Shown: positions 25,316-38,342, counted from the first letter of the stretch. The stretch: 64,000 nucleotides of DNA from Massalongia carnosa (GCA_965645245.1 OZ287082.1:930001-994000), one strand, 5' to 3'. Notes: generated by a model from the letters alone, not told the origin. Made by a program: numbers and translations.

Positions 25316-28300
25316 CTTTGGAAGGGGACTGATATCAAAGGATAGGGGTATTTGGCTTAGGAAGATAAGTGAAAAGACTGAATTCTAGATGATAGTTTAC
25401 TAGTCTGATATTCAAATCTGATAAAGAGCATCTATCTACATAGGAATTCTAGGCCCTATTTATAATGATATCTGACCCCAGAATCTCATTATTGATGCCT
25501 AGATTCCTTGATGTTGATAGATGCTCTTTATCAGATTTGAATATCAGACTAGTAAACTATCATCTAGAATTCAGTCTTTTCACTTATCTTCCTAAGCCAA
25601 ACACCCCTATCCTTTGATATCAGTCCCCTTCCAAAGGGTTATGAGCCCGGGTTAGTGCACACTGCCCGGTATTTTTCCTAAAAAAACCTCATAGATTCAT
25701 CAAACAATCATGTCGGCCAAAATGGGACAACTTACCTACGAAGTCAAGCCCTTATCAGGCCCCCAGAACTATAAGGAATGGAAAACGGCCATGGAACATA
25801 TTTTATCGGTGGACGGAATCCTGAAAGTGGTCAACGGCAAAGAGACGAAACCAATCGCTTCACCGAAAGAACCCGATCAAGGATCCTCACTAGAGGATAT
25901 CAAGTGGTATCGTAAACAACTTGATTCCTTCGACAAAAAGGTAACTAAATGGGAAGACAAGAATGAGAAGGCCTGTGGCCGGATCAAAATAACCTGCTCC
26001 AAAGAAGCCCTAGTGGAAGTAGAAAAACTCGACTCAGCAAACGACATATGGAAGAAACTAATGGAGTTCGACCATCCTGAGTCCACCGTCCTCAGAACTG
26101 CCCAGAGACAGTTGATCAGAGCATCCCAGTCCAATCATAAATCCGTTCAGGAATATGGTGCCTACATCAAAAAGGCTGGACAGGACTGTGACAACACCGG
26201 GAAGAAATTTGATGATTGGATGCTAAAAAACTTCTTCACTCATGGTCTCAATTCAGATCTAGAAACCTACATAATTCCTCAAGAACAACAAGCCGAGAAA
26301 GTCGGTAAACCCCTTTCGCTAGACGACATGATCAAAGTACTAGTGGAATACGAGGAAAGAATCAAGGATCAGGAACAAGAAGCAAAGGTTCTAACTCAAA
26401 AGAAACCAAAAAGAGAAGGAAATAAGTCAAAGAAACCTTGCGGTGGATGCGGAAACCCTGGACACGGCAAGGATAAATGCTATTACCTCAATCCTCATCT
26501 CAGGCCAAAGAGTTGGAAGCCTGCAAAAGGCAAAGAAGGTCTGGTAAAGGAAGACGAATCCGGCGACAACAAATCTTCAGAGTTTAAACCTACCATGATA
26601 GCCACACTCAAAATGGCAATTACCACCAAGAGTCTGAAGACTGCAGCTAAGGACGTCAATTGGTGGATGGATTCAGGAAGTGATGTGCATATCTCTTATG
26701 ATAAGAACCTCTTTTCAACGCTCAAATCCGTCAAGAAATCGGTGATGGGAATTCAGAATTCACCCCTGGAGATCCGAGGAACTGGAACGGTTATCTTACA
26801 ATGTAATGTTGAAGGTATTCAGAAACAACTCATTATGCAGAACGTTCATTACTGCCCCGATGCGGAATACAATCTTTTTAGCATAGGAACTGCAGAACAG
26901 AAAGGGTTCGAATTTACTATAAAAAATGGTAAAGTCGAGTGCTCAAAGTCAGGACAGGTGACCCTCACCGGCACCAGACATCAACAAGGTGCAACCTACA
27001 CTATTGACCTCTATGAACCGAAAACTCTGAAGATGTCTGATAGTAGTGTTTCGTGGACCAATTGGCATAAACGACTAGCCCATCTAAGCATCGACGACGT
27101 CAAAAGATTACCGGACATGGCCACCGGAATCGACGTATCAAATGCAACCAAATTGGAATCCACCGAATCCCATCCAGCGATATGTGAATCGTGTGCGATA
27201 GGGAAACAAACCCGAAATCTGGTGAGAATCCCAAGGGATAGGGCCACCAAGATAGGGGAAATCATCCACACCGATATAGCGGGCGGGGGGAAGTTGCCTC
27301 AAACCCTCGGCGGTGCCCGCTATGTCATGTCTCTGATAGACGATTATTCCAACTTCATGACTATTTATCTTTTAAAGAAGAAGTCCGAGGCCGAAAAGGC
27401 CCTAAAAGAGTTTATAAACTTCATGGAAAATCGACAAACGCCTGTACAAATTCTTCGAAGTGACAATGGAGGGTAATATTCCTCTAATCACACCCAAGAA
27501 TTATTAAAGAACATAGGCATTGAATGGAATCCTACCGCCCCACATAATCCCAATCAAAATGGTGTAGCCGAACGAAACTTTAGAACACTGTTCGAAAGAG
27601 TAAGGGCTATCCTTCACCATGGAAAAATGACTCGAGGATTCTGGGGGGAGGCAATCGGGTATGTGTGTTATCTCAAAAACCGAAGCCCCACCAAGCGACT
27701 AAAGGATAAGACTCCGTACGAGGTCTGGACGGGTAAAAAACCCGATGTCAGCAATGTGAGAATATTCGGATGCACAGCCTATCATTACAATGTAGACCCA
27801 TCAAAGAAGAAATTGGACGACCGCTCTATCAAGTGCAGATTTTTAGGAATCAGCGGCCAGAACCAATTTCGCCTATGGGACCCTTCAGCAAAGAAGGTAA
27901 TAATATCTGCAAATATTCTATGGGACGAGACCGATGCAGGTTGGTCGAAAGAAAATCTAAAAGATGAGGAATCAGAATTAGGAATCTTTTTATATTCTAA
28001 TACGGATGACGAATCTGCGGACACTAGTACCGCAATAGTTAGCGCTCCCGGGGAGAAAACTCCTGAACCAATCACAGCTGCCGAAGTGATCGAGGAAGCG
28101 AGCAACCTAACTGAATCAGGACTAGAAGAGGGAACCAAAGATAACGACATGGCATCTACTCAACTAATCACTGAAAATATCAGGGCAAATTTACCAATTG
28201 CACCCTGCATCTGAGTCGACATTAAGAAGAACTTCTAGACGCACTGAACGTCAGGACTATGCCAAAATCAGCGACCCCTACAAGAGAGGATTTGCACTCC

Positions 28301-30240
28301 GCGCTCTCAAAGCGACGGCGACAGACCACCGAGAACCGCAATCCTACGAAGAAGCCTTGAAGTCTGAATATTCCGATGAATATCAGAAAGCTATGGACGA
28401 GGAGATAGAGTCTCACAAGGAAAATAATACCTGGACTCTCAAGAAACCTCCGAAAAATGCTCACATACTACCAGGTAGATGGGTTTTCAAAATCAAACTC
28501 GGACCTTATGGGGAGATCACCAGATTTAAAGCCAGATGGGTGGTCAAAGGATTCCGTCAATTGGAAGGAATTGAATATGACGAGACCTTTTCCAGTGTCA
28601 TAAAAGCTATGATCTGGAAAGCCCTATTGGCTATAGCTGCTAAATATGATTTAGAAGCCGATCAAGTCGATATCATCACCGCATTCCTAGAAGCAACCCT
28701 CACCGAAGAAATATGGGTAGAGCAACCACACGGGTATGAAGTCCCACATCAAGCTTGCAAATTAAATCGAGCACTCTATGGACTCAAACAATCCCCGAGA
28801 GAGTGGTACGAATGCTTAACCATGTATCTGAGACAGAGAGGTTACAAACGGGTAAATGAGGATTACTCATTATTCGTCAAAGAAAGGATGATAGTTGCGA
28901 TATATGTTGACGACTTACTATTAATCGGACCCAGCAAAGACGACATCGCGAACCTAAAGAAGGAACTATCCGATCGATTTAGAATAAAAGACCTGGGACC
29001 AGTCAACTGGTATTTAGGCATGCATATCATAAGGGATCGACCTAATAGGACTATCTACATCAACCAAAAGGCATATGTGGAAAGACTCTTAGAGGCAATG
29101 GGTATGGCCAATTGCCACTCATGCACGACACCCATGAATGCAGATCTTCGAAAGGAAGATCATCAAGCCTCAAAAATAGAGGTTAAGGCCTATCAGCAAA
29201 TACTCGGATCATTGCTCTGGTTGGCAATTATGACCAGACCAGACATAGCATACTCCGTCAATAAGTGCAGCAGATACGCCAGCAACCCTGCACCGAATCA
29301 TGACGACGCCGCCAAAAGGATCGTCAGATATTTAGCAGGGACTCGAGATCTGGGCATAAAATTTGCTCCGAACCTCGAACAATCAGGGGAGTTAATCGGA
29401 TATACCGACTCCTCATATGGGGACTGCCTAGATACTAGGAGATCCACCTCAGGCTATATATTCATGCTCCATAACGGACCTATCAGCTGGGCAACCAAAA
29501 GACAAAGCATAGTCGCCACCTCCACTACCGAAGCGGAGTATATCGGCCAATGCAACGCTGGAAAGGAAGCAGTATATTTAGCTAAAACCCTGAAAAGCAT
29601 CGGGTATGGTGTCAACGGACCGATAAATATCAAAGCAGATAATCAATCGGCCATGAAACTAGCGGCAAATCCGATATATCACCCCAAGTCAAAACACATC
29701 GATATCCAATACCATAAGGTAAGGGAATTAGTGGATCATGGGGAGATTGAGTTGGATTATATATTTACTGAGGATATGGTGGCCGACGGCCTCACTAAAC
29801 CTCTGAAGAAGGCCAAACATCAGAAGTTCATCGAACAACTGGGCCTAAATAAGCCTAAATAGGTAATCAGTACGGCTTCATATGTCTCCAGAAGGGGAGC
29901 TTTGGATTCTGTCCAACATTCGCCACCTATGTTGTTGCCTACACTAATGCCTATGCTAGTGATATCTATCCTGATGCTTACACTGATGACGTTTATCCTG
30001 ATGCCTAAATGAAGGTAGCAATGTTGCTGGCTAAATAGGCAACATCAAGGAATCTAGGCATCAATAATGAGATTCTGGGGTCAGATATCATTATAAATAG
30101 GGCCTAGAATTCCTATGTAGATAGATGCTCTTTATCAGATTTGAATATCAGACTAGTAAACTATCATCTAGAATTCAGTCTTTTCACTTATCTTCCTAAG
30201 CCAAATACCCCTATCCTTTGATATCAGTCCCCTTCCAAAG
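25316..30240 (+). mobile_element. Ty1/Copia LTR retrotransposon with CT...AG termini and a rearranged (inverted) 5' LTR
   Basis: TSD AATAT (25311-25315, 30241-30245). PBS GGTTATGAGCCCGG at 25637. PPT AGAAGGGGAG at 29890-29899. 3' LTR at 29900-30240. Confidence 0.93.
25710..29862 (+). pseudogene. Copia gag-pol (gag CCHC, protease, integrase, RT, RNase H) with a stop at 27474-27476 and a frameshift near 28200
   Basis: CGGCGNPGHGKDKC; WMDSGS; WHKRLAH..CESC; HTD/SDNGG/VAER; KARWVVKG; LYGLKQSPREW; YVDD; YTDS; ADNQSA; KHIDI; MVADGLTK. Confidence 0.95.
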
Positions 30241-30254
30241 AATATAATATGTAT

Positions 30255-33200
30255 CGGCAAATTACTGAGATGACCCCCAAATAACCCCCCCATCTTGCCT
30301 GGGGGTTATTTGGGGGTCAATTACCGTAATATACACGTAATTTTGCTTCTGGCGCTGTCACGATGACCCCCAAGAACTGTAATTAATTGAAGGGGTCATT
30401 TGGGGGTCATTTGGAATATTGCGACCGCACAGTTAAATGGCACGCACGAGGAGAAGTCCATTGAGCATCGGCTACCCGATAAAAGCCTTGCTACTCCAAG
30501 AAAGAAGACATGATTACGGCGATAAAAACGAGCGACTAGATATCTGTAGCCCGATGATCGTGCGATATCGGGGGGTCAATCATAGGTGAAGTGACTGAAC
30601 CTACCAATTACAGCTCTATAACTTTCTGCTTTAAGTGTTATAGGCCAATGAAACTCCATAGAATGCTTAAACAAGGCATTTGGACTACGTGGCACTCGGG
30701 CTATCTAGCATTAACTCGGGACTTATTTGTGCATACCTTCGTCCATCATTTCTGCATACTTATGTCTCGTTCAATCTCACTATGGCCGAATCATCAACAA
30801 TGTCGCTTTATGTCGGTCAAGAGTGGGACGATAAATATGAGACAAGACAGGCGATCACTAACTGGCTTGCAAGCAAGGGTGAGTCATGGCGTGTTGAGAA
30901 GGCCGAGAAGAATAGATATCTAGTTAAGTGCGATCATTGTGACTTTCGAATCAGAGCAAGCTTGTCCAACAAAACTGGGAGATGTAATACTTAAATGTAT
31001 AAGAGCTAAGACAAAGTAATACTGACATTAGATCAGGGAAACTCACTAAAATGATCCCTCATACCTGTGCCATATCGAGCCACTCCGGCCATTCAGGTAG
31101 CAATGCTGTTCAGTATTTAGCCACCAACAAGACAAATCAAGCGCTTGTGCAATCTGATCATCGGGTTAAATCAAGGCATTTAATGACCGTCGAGACTTCC
31201 AGTCGAGGAAACAACACAAACTATATGGCGATGTGGCGCACAAAAGAGTTTCTCAAGATTAAGCGGTTTGGCAATATTAAGCAAAGCTTTCAATATATAC
31301 CTACATTCTTGTCAGCATGCGAAGAACAAAACAATACACGAACAGCATGGACAAATCTGGAGCTAGATGAGAACGGTTGTTTCAAACGATGTTGGGTACT
31401 GCCAAAGGCGACTGAGCGTGCTTTTCGTCATTGTCGTTCGGTGCTTCAGTGTGATGGTACCGCTTGCAAGACATCGGACGGGCTTGTGATCTTGTCTCTT
31501 GTTACTCAAGACGGTAACAACCAGGTATTGGAACTGGCGTGGGCATTGGTCCCAATCGAGAACAAAGATAACTGGATCTATTTTTTACGGGCAATGGCAT
31601 TATATATTCGATTTCGCTCGGGACGACAAGCGGTGATTATTAGTGATCGCAACAAAGGTATCAAACATGCAGTATCTGATCATTTTCCTGTCGCTTTAAG
31701 TGCTCATTGTTGCAAACATCTCGGAGACAATGTCGATAAAAAATGGAAGAAGACATATCGGAATCTTTTCTGGGATGCGGCCAAAGCTAAAACACAAGCA
31801 AAATTCAACACTATACTCAACAGAATTAGAGCGACGAGACCTAATTGCGCAGGCTATATTGAAGACATACCTCCAGAGCAGTGGGCTGTATATGCTTTTC
31901 CTCGTCCTCGATATGGTCAATTATGTTCTAATGCTCAAGAGTCGCAAAATAATATTTGGCTGGAGGCACGTCACATGCCCGCATTGCTTTGTCTCCATCA
32001 GATTTGGAACCAATGCATGGACAAACTTTATGAACGGCACAAGCTTGAACACAAGACAGATAGAGTCACTGATTATGCCTGGAGATGGATTCAAGATGGA
32101 CGGAAACAATCGGCCGAGTATACTGTTCAAAATTCTCGTCCTTTCTGCGGTATCGTCACTGATTATGCCTGGAGATGGATTCAAGATGGACGGAAACAAT
32201 CGGCCGAGTATACTGTTCAAAATTCTCGTCCTTTCTGCGGTATCGTCACTACTGGTACTGGAAGTCATCACATCGTGGATCTGGAAGCCAAGACGTGTAC
32301 TTGTCATGATTTTCAGGATTATGAAATGCCATGTGATCATGCCGTTGCGTTGTGTATGAAGCAAGAAAGAGAACCAGAGGATTTTGTCAGTCCCATCTTT
32401 ACAATCGCTCAGTACAAGGCAACATACCAGTCATTTTTACATCCTATTGATCTCAATGTTCTCGCAGCGGCCGATGTGAAACCACCAGAATTTGTAGTCC
32501 AGGCTGGTCGCCCAAAAATCAGACGTGAAAGAAGAAAACGATTTGATTTATCAAAGCAGAGGATGAGATGCTCAATCTGCAAGAGTTTCAAGCATAACAG
32601 GCGTACATGTGATCACTCGGGACCTTCCGCGAGTGACGTTTCTGCTAGTACTGCAAGTAGTAGATCCAAAAACTGCTTCTGTCTCTCAATCTAGTCACAA
32701 CGAAGATGAAGTTGATAAAGAGAATGACAATGACTCTAATGACAATAATAGCGACAGCAATCATGACGGCGAGAGCGACAATATGAGTGTTCATACTGAC
32801 ATAAGTGACTGGAATGGATTCAGTGATCGTTCTTTTGTTTTTAGGTCTCGCAGATTCTCGGCTCAAAACGATGAAGATATTGCGACCGAGAGCGACAAGA
32901 GTTTTACATCTCATCGCGACAAAAATATTACCCTCGAGAGTGAAATGAATTCCTCATCTCGATCTCAATCGTCGTCAATTGTAACAGACTCATCGGAAGA
33001 GACTAAGGAAGAGCAGAAGAACTATGCTCGTTGGGCTATTGGATGGCTAGATATGGACGAGGCACAGTTACAACAATTTCAAAGGTTTGATATGAATCAG
33101 ACGTTTGCTGGAACACTACAGGGACATAGAAATTACAAACGTCGCTTTCCAGAGGCGGCCGAAGAAGAAGCTCGCAAAAAACGAATACTTTATGCTAAAC

Positions 33201-34278
33201 AGGTACGTACTCACCTTAAGATTAATTCATGGCTAATCACTGAGAGCAGGGTCGAAGATATCTGACAGAGCGACAGTATCAAATTATCGTTCCTCATTTC
33301 GAGCATATAGCTCCAGCTCCATCGTCGCATACTTCAGTTCTTAGAAAGTTGTTCACCCGCCCATTATGGACGTATCCTCAAAGACGATGTCCTCTTCCTC
33401 TACGCATTCCATTAGGAGAGCCAACACCACTTTCGGAAGGGGAGAGAACACCAGTGGGCTATGATTCTGATGACTTTCCGTACGAGAAAGAAGATGCATT
33501 ATCGGAAGAGAGAGAGGAAGTCGAGAATACATTAGCGGAAGAGCGACAAGAAGTCGAGAATACATCAGCGGATGATGAGCGACAGGAAGCTGATAATATA
33601 CTAGCGGAGGAGCAAATTTGGAGCATGCTAGAGAAAGGTAAAGAACGTGACCGGGCACTGATCTCACCTCGTAAATCTAGATCTGGACGGATATTGAAAC
33701 CTACTGTTAGAGCGCAAGAAGCTTTAAGTTACACACAAAGCATGCCAACTTAGCGAAGGCCGCTTTAGAAAGCTCTAGAGAAGTGTCATTGACTGACTTA
33801 ATAAACAAGTCACCTCCTCGAAAACGACAAAGGCGAGGGACAAAGCCGAGTCAATAGATGGGTCTAGAGATTATCCTTATAGAGAGAAAGGATAAGCAAT
33901 CGTGTTTTCTGTCATGAAGTGACAGAGCATCTGCCGGTGTTTCATGTGCCACTTCTTCGGAGGCGATTTTTTTGGTGAAGGAATGACATCGAAACATGAT
34001 AGTCTGGGGATGGAAAATTAGATCATGATATTGTATTGTGATGTTTTCTGTATATTTTTGTATAGGTATCTAGTCGCTTTTCCTCGTGCTTGTCATTTAA
34101 TCGTGCGGTCGCAATATTCCAAATGACCCCCAAATGACCCCTTCAATTAATTACAGTTCTTGGGGGTCATCGTGACAGCGCCAGAAGCAAAATTACGTGT
34201 ATATTACGGTAATTGACCCTCAAATAACCCCCAGGCAAGATGGGGGGGTTATTTGGGGGTCATCTCAGTAATTTGCCG
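30255..34278 (+). mobile_element. Mutator (MULE) element with ~200-bp fold-back TIRs; no TSD found
   Basis: CGGCAAATTACTGAGATGACCCCC... at 30255 and its reverse complement ending at 34278. Confidence 0.9.
30782..32694 (+). CDS. MuDR-type transposase (DBD, MULE DDE, SWIM, Zn knuckle), probably disrupted; acidic C-terminal extension continues to ~33850
   Basis: QCDGT, TQDGNNQV..LAWA.V..ENKDNW..F, ISDRNKGI, HCCKHL, ESQNN, CTC..FQ...PCDH, CSIC...HN.RTC. The first intron is not resolved. Confidence 0.85.
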
Positions 34279-34518
34279 TTTGCCGAATGATTGTTCCTCC
34301 ATCCGAAATGAAATCCAAACGACCTAGTCCTCAAAGCTTCAAGTCCAGAGCATTTATGGTTCGAATCTAATGACATCCAGCACGCATACAGAAGACATGT
34401 AACAGCGCCACCGGCGGGCAGACATGTATTCTAAAACAAAACCTCCGTATGGCCGATCTGGGGAGTTTCAGCCATGATCCACGGGTTCTAAAATCACGGA
34501 AGATTACCTGGAAGTCAT

Positions 34519-36201
34519 TTAAGACCGGCGGGAGACCTTGACGGCCACTGGTTTCGTGGTTTCAAGCAGTGTGCCGAGTTTCATCTCGTGGTCATGGTCC
34601 TTGACGTCCACTTGGTACGTCTGAAGTAGCGTTATAAGATACAGTTTGGCTGCAAGAGTGGCAAATTTGTATCCAACCTGATGATATTAGCTTCTTTTCT
34701 TTCGTCGGGAGGACCAGGAAGACTTACACAGTTGCGTGGTCCGTATCCGAATGACATGAAAGGCTGGTCCTTATTGTATCCACCAAGGAACCTTTCCGGA
34801 ACGAATAGCCCTGCATCGGGGCCCCAGAATTTCGGCGAAGTGTGTAAATGCAAATAAGAAAGGTAAATCAACATGCCAGGCTTCAGAACAACAGGCTTCT
34901 TGCTGGAGGCGAGCGTGATTTCGCGATTGATGACTCTGAGGGTGGCGTGGACCGTTGGATGCAATCTATTGATTTCCATAATCACCGCATCGAGATACGG
35001 CATCTTTGAATTGACGTTCGTAAAATCAGTGGTGTCGACAGAGTTGATTTCGGCCATAAGCTTCACCAGGCACTCGGGATGCTTGTCGAGCTCGATAAAT
35101 GACCAAGTAACATTCAACCCGATGCTGTGATGACCACCTGAGGCCCGTTAGATTGAGTTCCTTTAAGAGTAAAAGAAACAAACTGAAAAGGTTGAGGTTG
35201 GTAAATTCGAAGGCGAATTTGGACAGAGGGCCGGTTCTCCCACCGCCGGTGTTGACGGAGAGGTTCCGGATGGTCTTTAGGGGAGCATCTGGGTTGTTGT
35301 GCTCGTATTCTTCGAGTTTTCCGATGTTTTTTTTGACAACCTCAGCCACTTTTGCCCGGAGCTTGGCTTCTGAGCGGGTCGGATCACCTGGATTTACAAG
35401 CTTTAAAAACAGTAGGAAGGAATACCAAATAGATGGCCAAGGGTTGCCGGCTAAGTTGATGATCGTTTCAGACAGGCTCAACACACGTCCGCCGACGTGG
35501 TGGTTGGGGTTTCCGTAAAGAGTCTCACCCCAGAGTGCAATGGCGAAGTTGTCCGCGGAGTATCTGATATTATCAACCTCAGCTGTCGAACTCTCACCGG
35601 TCAAGGCGTTGGCATGCACTGTGGCAATCTTTGCGATGGTATTGAACTTTTCGGAATTCGACTTCGTGCTATTGAATTCACGAATAAACACGTTGCGATG
35701 GTGGCTTGTATTAGGGCCGACGTCATTGAAGAGAGAGTGGCCAATCAGTCTCCGAAGAGTCCAGAAAGGAGACCAACTCATACGTCCGGGATCACCCTCT
35801 CTAAACACAATTAGCGCAAGCTGTAAACCCTCCAGATATGAATCAGCGAAGAAAATTCCTTACCTGGATGCGATTTCTTCGGGATATGCCAGGACTTCTC
35901 GAACCATGGCGGGATCGTGAACCGAAACTAGGACATTGTTGACGACATTGGCGTATGAGATGCCATTGTTGCCAATGGCAATGAGTTTGCCGAGAAGCTG
36001 AGGCATTCCATGCTTGAGGTATATAGGCATGGGTCCCAAAATGGGAACGCCTTTGAGTTCAGGGACCCCAGGAAGGACACTGTCAAAAGATACCGACTTG
36101 AACGTAAGAAAACCCAAGAGCATGAGCAGCCCGACGGCGGCGGTCACAACGATCGATGGGCTCATGTCCGCCATGAATTCATGGAGGGCGTCAGGAGTCA
36201 T
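34519..36201 (-). CDS. cytochrome P450, 507 aa, 4 exons (36201-35864, 35800-35184, 35137-34728, 34677-34519)
   Basis: N-terminal TM anchor plus Pro-rich hinge; EINR (ExxR), PERF, FGYGPRNCVG. All GT-AG splices keep the frame (1524 nt). Confidence 0.92.
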
Positions 36202-36731
36202 GGTGGGTGTTCTAACCAACGTCAGTACGGTGGCCAAGTTCGGCAAGGCTCAACTTACGAATATGAGCAAGATGATTGTGTGAAGATGGAAAGTTAACTG
36301 GAAGATATGGAGCTCAACGCGGTTACTAGGCAACTATTTGTGCTTTTCAAGAAGTCGTCCAGGAGTGCCGGGTCGTGTTGGAGAGGCGGTCACGATTGGT
36401 GAGCGAAAGGGGCCGTGATGGTGGCACAGCCAAAAGCCATCATGCCGTGAATAAACATTAGGAAACGCAAAAGAGACTCATATCCGAGCTATTGGCGCTG
36501 ACCAACATTCTGATATGTAGTAATCAAGGAGTCTTTAAGGTTGAGCTCTTGAAGAAGGATTACACCCCCTGAACAGATTAAATGTTAGCGTGCTAAGCTA
36601 CCAGGTGAGAAACTATGTCTTTCATTTGTAATACGGCTTAGCTTCTCTACATTTTAACTGTCTACTATTTTAATAGCTATTATGCAACCCGTTCGCAACA
36701 ATCACTGCTTAGTAACGTTCCTTCACAGAAT

Positions 36732-37787
36732 TCAACAATTAATGGCTCCCCCCTGAGCCTTAATTACCATATGACAACGTTTAGGCATACTCGCTATGCA
36801 CTTCCGAAAGTCCTCGCAGTCAACCTGTCCCATTCGTTCATCAATGCCTCCGTCATGGCCTCAACTGAATGAATTTGATGACGACGGGCACTGACTCGTA
36901 TTTTGATGATACGCCACAGATTCTCAATGGGGTCGAGATCTGGTGATTGAGCCGGCCATTTCATGCGTAAAAGCCCTACCTCTCGTCCAAAATCAAGCAC
37001 CTTCTTTGAAGTATGATAACCGGCCCCATCATCCATCCAAATCATCAGACCTCTCTTTGCCACGCATCTTTCATAAAAGGGCACTCCCAGCGGCTTTAGC
37101 ACCTCAATGTAGATTTCAGAGTTCATTCGTCTTTCTCTCGTCAAAACGAGCATCGGTCCCTTGATACTCAAAGTTAGAGCTGCCCAAATGCCTATAGTGC
37201 TTCTTCCACTTTTGAATGTAGGCTTTAAGTATCGAGCCTCAAATGCATTTCCTTTTCAGCGTGTAACATAGCAACTTCGAGATTCTAAACCCGTTTCAAA
37301 CGTAGCTTCATCTGTCCATATAACACGTAGCCAATCATTCAATGTCCATTCCTTGTGCTCTCGAGCCCAGGCCAGCCTAGCCTTCTTGTGACGTTCATTT
37401 AGAAAGGGCTTCCTTCGAGCCTTAAAGCGTAAATAACCGGCCGCCTTCAGATACCTTCGTACGGTGGAGCGAGAGGTCTTCTGTCCCGTTTTGGAAGGGG
37501 TGGCCAAAGACAGAAGATTGTCGTTAGGAAACCTCTCCACATGACGAATTAATTGACGTCTGGCACGGGCATCAAGCTTGGGGGGACGACCGAATCGTTT
37601 TTTTCTCAAGGGGATTTTTTCTGTAAGACCTGGTATGACGATGTATAATGGTGGTAACGGTCGATTTAGCTAATTTCAAATGGTCAGCTATTTGACCATG
37701 GGATTTTTTTAGCTGATGTAGGGCAATGATGGTGGAAATGGTCTCGGCTGAATGTTCACGTCTTTTGGTCTTCGGTTTTGAAGGCAT
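36732..37787 (-). mobile_element. Tc1-family (DD34E-type) transposase, frameshifted and with a stop
   Basis: GRPPKL, WTDE, MDDGAGYH, WPAQSPDLDPIEN, SMPKRC. TIRs not located. Confidence 0.88.
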
Positions 37788-38342
37788 GAGGTAAATTGAA
37801 AGAAAAATGGTGGAGAAATGGGAGATGGAAAATGAGGGGGTTTTTTTCGATGGGGTAAAATGACGTCATCGATCGGTGACTTCTGGTACCCGATTTGTAC
37901 CGTCTTACATCAGAGAAAGCTCGGGATGTAAACGAATCGAGCCGTGAGTTATTGATACGATACGCTGTGTATAACTCTCTTTGTTTATGTTTTCTCGATC
38001 TTTCTCCTAGAATGAACACGATCCTTTTGACGTTCCTGAAAAACAACCCCAAAACATTCACTCGATTCTACATCGTCAAATTGAGAATTAGCTGAGAGTT
38101 AGCTCGAGGCTCAAACTGCGCTCGAAACAAGTTTGGTGCGCTGGTAGAGCTGTTTGAGCTGTCTGAGCTTCCTGAGTAGTGAAAATTCTGATGTTCGTAC
38201 GTGTGTGCGCACACGAACATTCAATTAACGTTATGTAGATTATAGTTTATTTTCGCGGAAATCAGAACATATAACATGCAATAATCATACGACATAAGCG
38301 CAATATGCATACAACGTGCATGCAATCTACAAATTGTGCATA

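Noticed and set aside
30022..30044. TGTTGC...GCAACA as a canonical start of the Copia 3' LTR
   Set aside because: It has no matching CA at the LTR end and a weak upstream purine tract. The strong PPT abuts CTTTGGA at 29900, which mirrors the TCCAAAG end.
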